Shown here: in pieces, positions 19,112 through 28,384 of the stretch
How the letters are laid out: each line of letters begins with the position of its first letter
How positions within the stretch are numbered: the stretch's first letter is position 1
From: a virus
Taxonomy: Duplodnaviria > Heunggongvirae > Uroviricota > Caudoviricetes
Strand: one strand, 5' to 3'
DNA length: 42,284 nt
Virus record (IMG/VR): IMGVR_UViG_2675903409_000014
Notes under the pieces: model-generated
Told to the model about the DNA's origin: nothing
The model's input: only the letters and a program-made list of their open reading frames with translations
Databases searched by the model: none
Translations under genes and position numbers: made by a program

Positions 19112-19462
19112 CTGTGCGAATCAGTTGGTCGGGAACACACGCCAGCCCTGAGTGATGCCGCAGAGCAATACCTTAACACCGTTGCGACTCGTAGAACCCG
19201 GGATACGGCGTTGCTAAAGTCGTTTGAGGCTTTCCGCGAGTGGGTAACCATTCAGGCCGGATTTTACACCGAGCATATTTATCCGGACGGTAGCCGTGGG
19301 CGTCGGGCAAAATCCATCGCTTTTGCGAATATGGACGAAGTCGAGTTTCAGCAGGTTTATAAATCTGTACTGAATGTGCTGTGGAACTGGATTCTGTTCC
19401 GTAAATTCTCCTCTCAGGAGGAAGTTGAAAATGTGGCCGCACAACTACTGGAGTTTGCGTAA
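18863..19462 (+). CDS. nin-region protein, full-length copy (YbcN-position; family uncertain)
   Basis: 199 aa; immediately upstream of YbcO-like gene; N-terminal 83 codons duplicated at 13196. Confidence 0.75.
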   Translation: MAHIQLVKQTSSGLLLPATPESCDFLHQIKIGEWIHADFKRVRNYAFHKRFFKLLQLGFDYWTPVGGAITPRERELLSGFVDYLCESVGREHTPALSDAAEQYLNTVATRRTRDTALLKSFEAFREWVTIQAGFYTEHIYPDGSRGRRAKSIAFANMDEVEFQQVYKSVLNVLWNWILFRKFSSQEEVENVAAQLLEFA

Positions 19463-19752
19463 TGGTGAATTTACGTAAAGCGGCTAAAGGCCAGATGTGC
19501 CAGATCAGAATCCCTGGCTACTGCAATCACAATCCCGAAACCTCTGTGCTGGCGCATTACAGGCTGGCGGGGACGTGCGGAACAGCGACAAAACCACATG
19601 ATATGCAGGCGGCGATAGCCTGTAGCTCATGCCACGATCTAATCGACGGGCGGGTAAAAACCAGCGATTACACCAAAGAAGAATTGCGCCTGATGCATGC
19701 TGAAGGGGTTTTTCGCACACAAGAAATCTGGAGAAAGAAAGGTCATTTATGA
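19462..19752 (+). CDS. YbcO-like DUF1364 Cys-rich putative nuclease
   Basis: 96 aa MVNLRKAAKGQMCQIRIPGYCNHNPETSVLAHYRLAGTCGTATKPHDMQAAIACSSCHDLIDGR...; pattern as recalled for DLP12 YbcO. Confidence 0.75.
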   Translation: MVNLRKAAKGQMCQIRIPGYCNHNPETSVLAHYRLAGTCGTATKPHDMQAAIACSSCHDLIDGRVKTSDYTKEELRLMHAEGVFRTQEIWRKKGHL

Positions 19753-20273
19753 TTTACCCAACGAATACAGNNNNNNNNNNNNNNNNNNNNNNNNNNNNNN
19801 NNNNNNNNNNNNNNNNNNNNNNNNNNNNNNNNNNNNNNNNNNNNNNNNNNNNNNNNNNNNNNNNNNNNNNNNNNNNNNNNNNNNNNNNNNNNNNNNNNNN
19901 NNNNNNNNNNNNNNNNNNNNNNNNNNNNNNNNNNNNNNNNNNNNNNNNNNNNNNNNNNNNNNNNNNNNNNNNNNNNNNNNNNNNNNNNNNNNNNNNNNNN
20001 NNNNNNNNNNNNNNNNNNNNTGATGCAGAGGCGTTATGTATTGATCGAGTCATAAGTGAGGTGCTGGCAGAGCATCCAGGATTGATTTGCATTCTCCGGC
20101 AACGCTATGAAGGGCGGGGGATGACTAAGCGCAAAATGGCTGAATTGCTAAATGATGCACACCCAGAGTGGTGTTTTAGCACATGCGAAAAACGGATTGC
20201 TAATTGGTTAGCTGTTGCTGAGTATGCCCTATATATTCCCATGCGTGAATCATTTGCTGAGAAAATGGCTTGA
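19749..20273 (+). CDS. Late-gene antiterminator Q-like (interrupted by N-run 19771-20020)
   Basis: Position immediately upstream of late leader and terminator; ATGA overlap with previous stop; C-terminus ...QRYEGRGMTKRKMAELLNDAHPEWCF...; family by position mainly. Confidence 0.6.
   Translation: MIYPTNTXXXXXXXXXXXXXXXXXXXXXXXXXXXXXXXXXXXXXXXXXXXXXXXXXXXXXXXXXXXXXXXXXXXXXXXXXXXXXXXXXXXXDAEALCIDRVISEVLAEHPGLICILRQRYEGRGMTKRKMAELLNDAHPEWCFSTCEKRIANWLAVAEYALYIPMRESFAEKMA
19771..20020. other. Undetermined sequence (N-run) inside Q-like gene
   Basis: 250 N. Confidence 1.
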
Positions 20274-20353
20274 TTTCTTACGTATAAACTGCTTCAATTT
20301 TGCTATGCTTCGCAAAGCTGTATCGCGAGGCGGATTGCAGACATGGACATCGT

Positions 20354-20381
20354 AAAAAAACCGCTTAATGCGGTTTTTTTA
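20354..20381 (+). terminator. tR'-like rho-independent terminator of the late leader
   Basis: A-run, stem ACCGC, loop TTAAT, stem GCGGT, then T7; about 80 nt after the Q-like stop. Confidence 0.8.
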
Positions 20382-20698
20382 CGTCAGGAAAGCAGGGGAG
20401 AATGCTGCTAGTTGGGCAACTGGTCTTTCTGCTCCAAATTATAACAGAGACCAGTTATAGTTTCGGTGCTGTGTTTTTTTTACAATATTGTGATAACACA
20501 TTGCTGGCGGGAGTTTTGATATTTCTTGGCAGGGGCTGATGATGCGTTATCCTGATGTCGTCAACTCATATAAAATGAGATGAGAGATCATTGCAGGGTG
20601 GTTTGTAATTCGCTGTTTAGCGGGACAATATGTTGTCTGATACAAGACACCCGACGCCTCAGATTACTATAATAAAGACGAAGCATCCTTTGTATTGA

Positions 20699-20726
20699 CC
20701 AACCGCCTGTTTAGGCGGTTCTTTTT
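20699..20726 (+). terminator. Second rho-independent terminator downstream of tR'
   Basis: AACCGCC-tgtttag-GGCGGTT followed by CTTTTT. Confidence 0.55.
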
Positions 20727-21317
20727 GGGCTGGTTTATTGTATGCCAAATGATTATTAAAAAGGTTGTGTTAATAACAAGATCCGAAATAATATGCCTGC
20801 ATATTTTTATCTTGCTTATATTCTGCATATTGTGCATAGCAGGCTCATCCCTGCAATCAAAACTGTATGATGAGTATTTTTTGTTTTCCTTTTTTCCAGT
20901 CATCTGATGATGACCTGCTTCTTTTTAATCCGGATCGACATCAGTTTTTTAAGATAATTCCTGCGAGTTATATGCATAAATGCCACAAACTCCGCATTTT
21001 ATGTGGTTGGGAGTTGCCGGGCGCGCAGTGAGTTTGCTAAGAAAACTCCTGCATGGTGAATCCCCCTGTGCGGTGGGGTGATACCATTAACCTTTTCTGT
21101 CGCCGACAGGTATCACGAACATTTTGTTCACCGGGAGGCACCCGGCACCATGCACTTCAATAGATTCTCTCCACATTATGGATATTCTTTCAGAATATCC
21201 CACGCAGACTTTGTGTAAATGTTAACAAATGTGCGTTTTATTTGATCTGATTCGCTGTTTGAGCGTCCAAAACAACGGTATATATAATCCTTTACTATAT
21301 GACATATGTGAGGAAAA

Positions 21318-21746
21318 ATGGGTTTTCGTAGCGCATCAATTCTTACGTTGATTATTAGTGGGATTATTATCGGGTGCACTGATGCTGTATCGACAAATTA
21401 TCATGACCGTACATCATATTACTCCGATAAAGCAATAGAGACACAGTATGTGAGTTCATCTGAACGTACTTCTGATGTTAGTGAGGATATCCGTCTGTAT
21501 GCCCATCAAATCAAGAGCGCCATCGAAAAACAGTTCGGGGATGCGAGTAAGTATTCAGGAAAAGAGTGTACACTGAGAATGCATATGGCCCCGAATGGCC
21601 TTCTACTGGAGGTTAAAAGAGAAAGTGGAGACCTCGATTTATGTCGTGAAGCGATGAATGCGATAAAGAATGCTGATATACCTGCCCCCCCTTCGCCGGA
21701 AGTATATAAAGTATTTCAAAATGGGGTGCTGGATTTTAAACCCTGA
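21318..21746 (+). CDS. Lipoprotein with TolA C-terminal domain (TolA-III)-like fold, copy 1
   Basis: Signal peptide and lipobox IIGC; mature part YAHQIKSAIEKQFGDASKYSGKECTLRMHMAPNGLLLEVKRESGDLDLCREAMNAIKNADIPAPPSPEVYKVFQNGVLDFKP parallels recalled E. coli TolA C-terminus; TATATAAT about 25 nt upstream. Confidence 0.8.
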   Translation: MGFRSASILTLIISGIIIGCTDAVSTNYHDRTSYYSDKAIETQYVSSSERTSDVSEDIRLYAHQIKSAIEKQFGDASKYSGKECTLRMHMAPNGLLLEVKRESGDLDLCREAMNAIKNADIPAPPSPEVYKVFQNGVLDFKP

Positions 21747-21896
21747 TATTTATTGTTTTGTAATAAACGGTTTCGGCTTAGGTTTGTTCTGACACAGCTA
21801 CGGCACTGAGCTAAATTTAGCGGATAGTCAGCTCTGAGCCAGTGGCGGACGTAACAACTACTATTGCTGAGATTTTAATGGATTGAGGAGCAAGAA

Positions 21897-22292
21897 GTGG
21901 GATTAAAGAAAATCGTTATGTTGACTTTTTGGGTCGGTTTTGTTGCGGGATGCACACCTTTACACCCTTCAGATTGCCACAAAACTACTGCTACAGGTAG
22001 TTGCAGTTCAGGACGCTGGGATGATCAGGATGAATGGGGGGCGCAAGCGCGGGGAATCAGAGCTGCAATTAATGCCAAACTTGATGAGCCGCATAACTGG
22101 AAAGGGAAAAAATGCAGGTTGCATATGGAATTCTCTCAGGATGGCACGGCGTTAAAAATATCTACCAGTAACGGTGATAAAGCCTATTGCGAAGCGATAA
22201 AGTCCGCAGCTCATAAAGCCAAATTTCCGGCCTTCAACAATCCGGAAGTCTACAGAGATTTTCAGAAATCTGGCTTTGACATGCGAGGTTAG
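21897..22292 (+). CDS. Lipoprotein with TolA-III-like domain, copy 2 (diverged paralog)
   Basis: GTG start with SD gaggag; lipobox VAGC; ...GKKCRLHMEFSQDGTALKISTSNGDKAYCEAIKSAAHKAKFPAFNNPEVYRDFQ follows the same TolA-III pattern. Confidence 0.75.
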   Translation: MGLKKIVMLTFWVGFVAGCTPLHPSDCHKTTATGSCSSGRWDDQDEWGAQARGIRAAINAKLDEPHNWKGKKCRLHMEFSQDGTALKISTSNGDKAYCEAIKSAAHKAKFPAFNNPEVYRDFQKSGFDMRG

Positions 22293-22417
22293 CTCTTCAA
22301 TTACTATATCTCATTCATAGCAAACTGACAGATTTGATGATGTTCTATATACGAAACCTGTGATGTCAAGTCTGAGCTAATACAAATAAACATAATATCA
22401 GAGAAATACATTTTATT

Positions 22418-22440
22418 AGCTCGCTACGGCGAGCTTTTTA
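22418..22440 (+). terminator. Rho-independent terminator upstream of lysis genes
   Basis: AGCTCGC-tacg-GCGAGCT followed by TTTTA. Confidence 0.7.
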
Positions 22441-22543
22441 TATTGCATCGTCTCCAGCATATATATCAATTAAGGCTCTGATTGATGTGTCTGAAAGCCT
22501 ACACATAATAACTATGCCATCCGTTCCGTGCGGAGGTGAGGCT

Positions 22544-22759
22544 ATGAAATCCATGGACAAAATTTCAACAGGCATTGCCTACGGCACCTCCGCAGGCAGT
22601 GCTGGCTACTGGTTTTTACAGTTGCTCGATAGAGTAACTCCGTCACAGTGGGCTGCAATCGGTGTGCTGGGTAGTCTGGTATTTGGCCTGCTGACGTACC
22701 TGACAAACCTTTATTTCAAGATTAAAGAAGATAAGCGCAAGGCTGCGAGAGGTGAATAA
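22544..22759 (+). CDS. Holin, phage 21 S21 / EssD-like pinholin
   Basis: 71 aa [71 protein letters not shown]; SD ggaggtga; upstream in-frame Met in the 90-aa ORF. Confidence 0.85.
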   Translation: MKSMDKISTGIAYGTSAGSAGYWFLQLLDRVTPSQWAAIGVLGSLVFGLLTYLTNLYFKIKEDKRKAARGE

Positions 22760-23208
22760 TGCCTCCATCATTACGAAAAGTCGTTGCTGCTGCTATTGGT
22801 GGCGGAGCAATTGCTATAGCATCAGTGTTAATCACTGGCCCAAGTGGTAACGATGGTCTGGAAGGTGTCAGCTACATACCATACAAAGATATTGTTGGTG
22901 TATGGACTGTATGTCACGGGCATACNNNNNNNNNNNNNNNNNNNNNNNNNNNNNNNNNNNNNNNNNNNNNNNNNNNNNNNNNNNNNNNNNNNNNNNNNNN
23001 NNNNNNNNNNNNNNNNNNNNNNNNNNNNNNNNNNNNNNNNNNNNNNNNNNNNNNNNNNNNNNNNNNNNNNNNNNNNNNNNNNNNNNNNNNNNNNNNNNNN
23101 NNNNNNNNNNNNNNNNNNNNNNNNNNNNNNNNNNNNNNNNNNNNNNNNNNNNNNNNNNNNNNNNNTCGTGAGATTGAGCGTGAAGTCTGTTTGTGGGGGC
23201 AGCAATGA
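22759..23208 (+). CDS. SAR endolysin, lysozyme (interrupted by N-run 22926-23165)
   Basis: N-terminus [55 protein letters not shown] is a Gly/Ala-rich signal-anchor-release domain; C-terminus [13 protein letters not shown]; TAATG overlap with holin. Confidence 0.85.
   Translation: MPPSLRKVVAAAIGGGAIAIASVLITGPSGNDGLEGVSYIPYKDIVGVWTVCHGHXXXXXXXXXXXXXXXXXXXXXXXXXXXXXXXXXXXXXXXXXXXXXXXXXXXXXXXXXXXXXXXXXXXXXXXXXXXXXXXXXREIEREVCLWGQQ
22926..23165. other. Undetermined sequence (N-run) inside endolysin gene
   Basis: 240 N. Confidence 1.
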
Positions 23209-23669
23209 GCAGAGTCACCGCGATTATCTCCGCTCTGGTTATCTGCATCATCGTCTGCCTGTCATGGGCTGTTAATCATTACCGTGATAACGCCATTACC
23301 TACAAAGCCCAGCGCGACAAAAATGCCAGAGAACTGAAGCTGGCGAACGCGGCAATTACTGACATGCAGATGCGTCAGCGTGATGTTGCTGCGCTCGATG
23401 CAAAATACACGAAGGAGTTAGCTGATGCGAAAGCTGAAAATGATGCTCTGCGTGATGATGTTGCCGCTGGTCGTCGTCGGTTGCACATCAAAGCAGTCTG
23501 TCAGTCAGTGCGTGAAGCCACCACCGCCTCCGGCGTGGATAATGCAGCCTCCCCCCGACTGGCAGACACCGCTGAACGGGATTATTTCACCCTCCGGGAA
23601 CGACTGGTAATGATGCAGGCCCAACTTGAAGGTGCTCAGCAATACATAACCGAGCAGTGTTTAAAGTAA
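23205..23669 (+). CDS. rzpR: Rz inner-membrane spanin
   Basis: N-terminal TM segment then coiled-coil; ATGA overlap with endolysin stop; symbol by position only. Confidence 0.75.
   Translation: MSRVTAIISALVICIIVCLSWAVNHYRDNAITYKAQRDKNARELKLANAAITDMQMRQRDVAALDAKYTKELADAKAENDALRDDVAAGRRRLHIKAVCQSVREATTASGVDNAASPRLADTAERDYFTLRERLVMMQAQLEGAQQYITEQCLK
23425..23610 (+). CDS. rzoR: Rz1 outer-membrane lipoprotein spanin, embedded in Rz in the +1 frame
   Basis: [24 protein letters not shown]... lipobox VVGC, proline-rich mature part; wholly inside Rz. Confidence 0.75.
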   Translation: MRKLKMMLCVMMLPLVVVGCTSKQSVSQCVKPPPPPAWIMQPPPDWQTPLNGIISPSGNDW

Positions 23670-23806
23670 AATCTTAACTACAATATGATTCATTTTGATG
23701 ATTGTTTCATAAGGAACAGTGAAGTAAGATCTAAGAGGAGTTAAATTTTATACAGTATAATCATAATATTGCAGCAAGGTGGTTATAATTGAAAGAATAT
23801 TTAGAT

Positions 23807-25264
23807 ATGAATACATCTCATGTAAGAGTTGTTACTCATATGTGTGGGTTCCTGGTTTGGCTCTATAGTCTTTCAATGTTGCCACCAATGGTTGTAGCAT
23901 TGTTTTATAAAGAAAAAAGCCTGTTCGTTTTCTTTATAACTTTCGTTATATTTTTTTGCATTGGTGGCGGAGCGTGGTATACAACTAAGAAATCTGGCAT
24001 TCAATTACGTACCCGTGATGGGTTTATTATAATTGTAATGTTTTGGATTTTGTTTTCTGTTATTAGTGCATTCCCTTTATGGATTGACTCAGAACTTAAT
24101 TTAACGTTCATTGATGCTCTGTTTGAAGGGGTTTCTGGAATAACAACAACAGGAGCAACTGTAATTGATGATGTTAGTTCATTACCTCGGGCATATTTGT
24201 ACTATCGGTCACAGTTAAATTTTATAGGTGGTTTAGGAGTTATTGTTCTGGCGGTTGCAGTATTGCCATTATTGGGTATTGGTGGTGCAAAGCTTTATCA
24301 GTCAGAAATGCCGGGGCCATTTAAGGATGACAAACTCACTCCCCGCCTGGCCGATACGTCACGGACACTGTGGATAACTTATTCTTTATTAGGTATTGCT
24401 TGTATTGTCTGTTATAGACTTGCAGGAATGCCTTTGTTTGATGCTATTTGTCACGGGATTTCCACAGTTTCGCTTGGTGGTTTCTCAACTCATAGCGAGA
24501 GTATCGGATATTTTAATAACTATTTGGTTGAGCTGGTGGCTGGTTCTTTTTCCCTGCTATCGGCTTTCAACTTCACTCTTTGGTATATTGTTATTAGCAG
24601 AAAAACGATAAAACCTTTAATCAGAGATATTGAACTTCGTTTCTTTCTGTTAATAGCCTTAGGGGTGATCATTGTTACCTCTTTCCAGGTCTGGCATATA
24701 GGTATGTATGACTTGCATGGAAGTTTTATTCATTCGTTTTTTCTTGCCAGCTCCATGCTCACTGATAATGGTTTAGCTACGCAGGATTATGCAAACTGGC
24801 CCACGCACACGATAGTGTTTTTGCTGTTGTCAAGTTTCTTTGGGGGATGTATAGGTTCAACCTGTGGTGGAATTAAGTCACTTCGATTTCTTATACTTTT
24901 CAAACAAAGCAAACACGAGATAAATCAGCTTTCTCATCCCAGAGCGTTGTTGAGTGTAAATGTAGGAGGGAAGATAGTTACAGATCGTGTAATGAGGTCT
25001 GTATGGAGTTTCTTTTTTCTTTATACTCTCTTCACGGTGTTTTTTATACTGGTGTTAAATGGTATGGGATATGATTTTCTTACATCATTTGCAACAGTGG
25101 CTGCATGTATTAATAATATGGGATTAGGTTTTGGGGCTACTGCATCGTCATTCGGAGTGCTTAATGACATTGCAAAATATTTAATGTGCATAGCTATGAT
25201 TCTTGGTCGCCTTGAAATTTATCCTGTTATTATATTGTTTTCAGGTTTTTTTTGGCGCTCCTAA
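23807..25264 (+). CDS. trkG: TrkG potassium uptake protein
   Basis: 485 aa from MNTSHVRVVTHMCGFLVWLYSLSMLPPMVVALFYKEKSLFVFF...; multi-pass membrane protein; A+T-rich. Confidence 0.9.
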   Translation: MNTSHVRVVTHMCGFLVWLYSLSMLPPMVVALFYKEKSLFVFFITFVIFFCIGGGAWYTTKKSGIQLRTRDGFIIIVMFWILFSVISAFPLWIDSELNLTFIDALFEGVSGITTTGATVIDDVSSLPRAYLYYRSQLNFIGGLGVIVLAVAVLPLLGIGGAKLYQSEMPGPFKDDKLTPRLADTSRTLWITYSLLGIACIVCYRLAGMPLFDAICHGISTVSLGGFSTHSESIGYFNNYLVELVAGSFSLLSAFNFTLWYIVISRKTIKPLIRDIELRFFLLIALGVIIVTSFQVWHIGMYDLHGSFIHSFFLASSMLTDNGLATQDYANWPTHTIVFLLLSSFFGGCIGSTCGGIKSLRFLILFKQSKHEINQLSHPRALLSVNVGGKIVTDRVMRSVWSFFFLYTLFTVFFILVLNGMGYDFLTSFATVAACINNMGLGFGATASSFGVLNDIAKYLMCIAMILGRLEIYPVIILFSGFFWRS

Positions 25265-25401
25265 TATATGGCTGATTTATAATTGTGAGTTTAATATTAT
25301 GTTGACTCACTCATTGATCCAATACCTAACTTTACCAGCAACACCTCCGCCCCCAGTAGCACTGGCTGCTGGGGTGCGTTTTATTCATAAAGCAAGGCTG
25401 T

Positions 25402-26190
25402 ATGAGCGAGAAATTAAAGATAGTCTATCGCCCATTACAAGAATTGTCACCGTATGCGCACAACGCCAGGACGCACAGTACTGAGCAGGTGGCACAACTG
25501 GTAGAAAGTATTAAGCAATTCGGCTGGACTAATCCGGTGCTGATTGACGAAAAGGGCGAAATTATTGCGGGTCACGGTCGTGTTATGGCGGCTGAAATGC
25601 TCAAAATGGATTCTGTTCCGGTCATTGTTCTGTCTGGCCTGACGGATGAGCAGAAAAAGGCGTACCGCCTGGCAGATAATCGCCTGCCGATGAATGCTGG
25701 CTGGGATGAAGATCTGTTGCGGATGGAGCTGTCGGACCTAATCAATGCTGATTTTGATGTCTCCCTGACAGGCTTCATCCCGGCAGAAATTGATGAACTG
25801 TTGACGGATGTTTTGCCCGGTACAGGAAATGAGGAGGAGCCGTATACGACGAAAATTGATACGCCTGTTTATGAGCCGTCAGGCGGTAAACCGGATATCA
25901 GTGAACTGTACGACGATACGAAAACTCAGGAGCTGATCAGCCGGATACGTTCGGCGTCCCTTGATCCTGATATTGAGAAATTCCTCCTGTGTGCAGCAGA
26001 ACGTCACACGGTGTTTAATTTCAGCAGAATTGCGGACTATTACGCTCATGCCCCCGCTGAAATTCAGTGCCTTTTCGAGGAGTCGGCGCTGGTGATCATT
26101 GATTATCAGCAGGCTATTGAAAATGGATTTGTCCGAATGACGCAGCGCATGGTGGAGATCATGCATGGCGGGGAGGAGGAATATGCGTGA
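25402..26190 (+). CDS. ynaK: ParB-like nuclease domain protein (full-length YnaK homolog)
   Basis: 262 aa MSEKLKIVYRPLQELSPYAHNARTHSTEQVAQLVESIKQFGWTNPVLIDEKGEIIAGHGR...; N-terminus matches recalled K-12 YnaK fragment. Confidence 0.8.
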   Translation: MSEKLKIVYRPLQELSPYAHNARTHSTEQVAQLVESIKQFGWTNPVLIDEKGEIIAGHGRVMAAEMLKMDSVPVIVLSGLTDEQKKAYRLADNRLPMNAGWDEDLLRMELSDLINADFDVSLTGFIPAEIDELLTDVLPGTGNEEEPYTTKIDTPVYEPSGGKPDISELYDDTKTQELISRIRSASLDPDIEKFLLCAAERHTVFNFSRIADYYAHAPAEIQCLFEESALVIIDYQQAIENGFVRMTQRMVEIMHGGEEEYA

Positions 26191-27115
26191 TGATTTTTGC
26201 GCCTTTATTCTGACTCACGGGCGACCGGACAAAGTTCTGACTTACCGGACGTTGCGTCGTGCTGGCTATACCGGGAAAATTTTTATCGTTGTTGATGATG
26301 AAGATAAGACACGGCATCAGTACATGGCTGAATTTGGTGAACAGGTGCTGGTATTTTCCAAAGCCGATATTGCTAGTCGTTTTGACGAAGCCGATAATTT
26401 TAGTGACCGCCGCTCAATTTTTTACGCCCGTAATGCCTGTTTCGACCAGGCAAAACTGGTCGGGTGTAAATACTTCATTCAGCTCGATGATGATTATCAC
26501 GAGTTCCAGTTTCGGGTGGATCGCAACTATGACCAGGCCTATTTCCCGATAAGGAAACTGGATGAGATCCTTTCTGAAATGCTTGCGTACTACGAATCAA
26601 TACCTGCTCTTTCCATCGCTATGTCGCAGGGCGGGGATTTTCTTGGTGACAATGGCGGCCATGCTTCGTGGGTGAAACGCAAGGCAATGAACAGCTTTAT
26701 CTGTTCGGTTGATCGACCGTTCTCATTCATGGGGCGCATTAACGAGGATGTGAATACGTACACGAATCTCGGTCGCTGTGGTGAATTGTTTATGACGATC
26801 GGTGCTGTCCAGTTAGGGCAGAAACAGACGCAGAAAAACAGCGGCGGAATGACCGAGCTGTATCTGGATTCCGGAACCTACGTTAAAAGTTTTTACTCCG
26901 TCATGTATGCGCCGTCGTGCGTAAAAATCTCACTTATGGGTGCCAGTCATAAACGCATTCACCATCAGGTCACCTGGAACAACGCTGCAGTAAAAATCCT
27001 TCACGAAAAATACAGGAAGAAGACACCCTGCATATCAATGGGGGTGACAAATGATTCCGTATTCGAAAGTCGAGTCTCTGGCAGCGTGCCGGATGACTGC
27101 ACAACAAATCGCTGA
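26183..27115 (+). CDS. GT-A fold (family 2-like) glycosyltransferase-like protein with DxD motif
   Basis: FCAFILTHGRP...KIFIVVDDEDKT...YARNACFDQAKLVGCKYFIQLDDDY follows the GT2 N-terminal pattern; SD ggaggagg; ATG overlaps ynaK stop; no C-terminal TM helices. Confidence 0.6.
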   Translation: MRDDFCAFILTHGRPDKVLTYRTLRRAGYTGKIFIVVDDEDKTRHQYMAEFGEQVLVFSKADIASRFDEADNFSDRRSIFYARNACFDQAKLVGCKYFIQLDDDYHEFQFRVDRNYDQAYFPIRKLDEILSEMLAYYESIPALSIAMSQGGDFLGDNGGHASWVKRKAMNSFICSVDRPFSFMGRINEDVNTYTNLGRCGELFMTIGAVQLGQKQTQKNSGGMTELYLDSGTYVKSFYSVMYAPSCVKISLMGASHKRIHHQVTWNNAAVKILHEKYRKKTPCISMGVTNDSVFESRVSGSVPDDCTTNR

Positions 27116-27302
27116 CGTTCTGGATGTTGATCTGAACCGACTGAAAGAAAATCGGGAAGCAATGACAGATTTTTATGCGGCCATCCGTAAGGGCAGAGCG
27201 AAAGGTGAAGCCGAGTTACGAGCGGCATTGTTTAAGCTTGCCAGAAAAGGGGATGCCTTTGCTCTGCGCGAACTACTCAGGGTGGATAAAAATCAGGACT
27301 AA
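27051..27302 (+). CDS. Small hypothetical protein upstream of terminase (possible DNA-binding)
   Basis: 83-aa ORF with SD gggggtga; overlaps 3' end of upstream gene by 65 nt; basic C-terminus. Confidence 0.4.
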   Translation: MIPYSKVESLAACRMTAQQIADVLDVDLNRLKENREAMTDFYAAIRKGRAKGEAELRAALFKLARKGDAFALRELLRVDKNQD

Positions 27303-27305
27303 CTG

Positions 27306-28384
27306 ATGAGCAGACCGGACTGGGGGGCGTTGCAGCAGGAGTATATTGCTGAATACACCCGCTCCGGTATATCTCCGGTGGCATGGTGTGAAGCAAGGGG
27401 ACTGAATTACGCAACAGCCCGTCGTTACATCAAAAAAACTCCGAAAAATGCGCAGACAGAAATGTGCAAANNNNNNNNNNNNNNNNNNNNNNNNNNNNNN
27501 NNNNNNNNNNNNNNNNNNNNNNNNNNNNNNNNNNNNNNNNNNNNNNNNNNNNNNNNNNNNNNNNNNNNNNNNNNNNNNNNNNNNNNNNNNNNNNNNNNNN
27601 NNNNNNNNNNNNNNNNNNNNNNNNNNNNNNNNNNNNNNNNNNNNNNNNNNNNNNNNNNNNNNNNNNNNNNNNNNNNNNNNNNNNNNNNNNNNNNNNNNNN
27701 NNNAGCAACGCCAGTCGTATGCTTAGAAATGCCAGGGTTTTTCGCGCTATCAGCTACTTCCGCAATCAGTACCAGAAACGCTATACCGCAGACCTGGATT
27801 TACTAGTGAGTCAGTTGATGGCTATTGTCCTGGCCGACCCCAATCAGCTTGCACAATTTCGCCGTGTTAACTGCCGTTATTGCTGGGGCGAGAATCATCT
27901 CTACCAGTGGCGCGATATAGCAGAATTCGACAAGGCAGCGGCGCAGGCTTCCAGAGATGGCAAACCCGAACCGGAATATGGAGGCCTCGGCTTTGTTGAT
28001 AACGCCATACCCAATCCGGACTGCCCGAAGTGCTGCGGTGAGGGAACGGGACAGCTTTATATGGCTGATACCACTCTGCTTGATGGGGATGCGCGGCAAT
28101 TATATGCAGGGGCAAAATTCGGAAAATTCGGCGTTGAGATCCTGCTGGAGGATAAGGCTGCCGCCCGGCGTGAATTGTTGCGTTTGTTTTCTGCTGGCGG
28201 GGCTTTATGTGCAGATAAGCGGCTACGGGAACTGGAAATTGAACGGCGCAGAATGGAAAACCAGAAGCTGCGCAAAGAGATCGAAACGGTGGAAGATAAT
28301 GAACATCCCCAGCCTGTGGCGATCAATATTAATGTGGTTGATGCCAGAGTAAGGAGTGATGAAGATGATCTCTCCGACGCTTAA
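27306..28384 (+). CDS. Terminase small subunit (interrupted by N-run 27470-27703)
   Basis: N-terminal HTH-like GISPVAWCEARGLNYATARRYIKK; C-terminal part ends 29 nt inside terminase large subunit start; frame break at N-run. Confidence 0.65.
27470..27703. other. Undetermined sequence (N-run) inside terminase small subunit gene
   Basis: 234 N. Confidence 1.

Noticed and set aside
20667-20907. Overlapping 78-aa (minus) and 70-aa (plus) ORFs
   Set aside because: A+T-rich low-complexity translations overlapping a terminator hairpin; no SD; likely non-coding.
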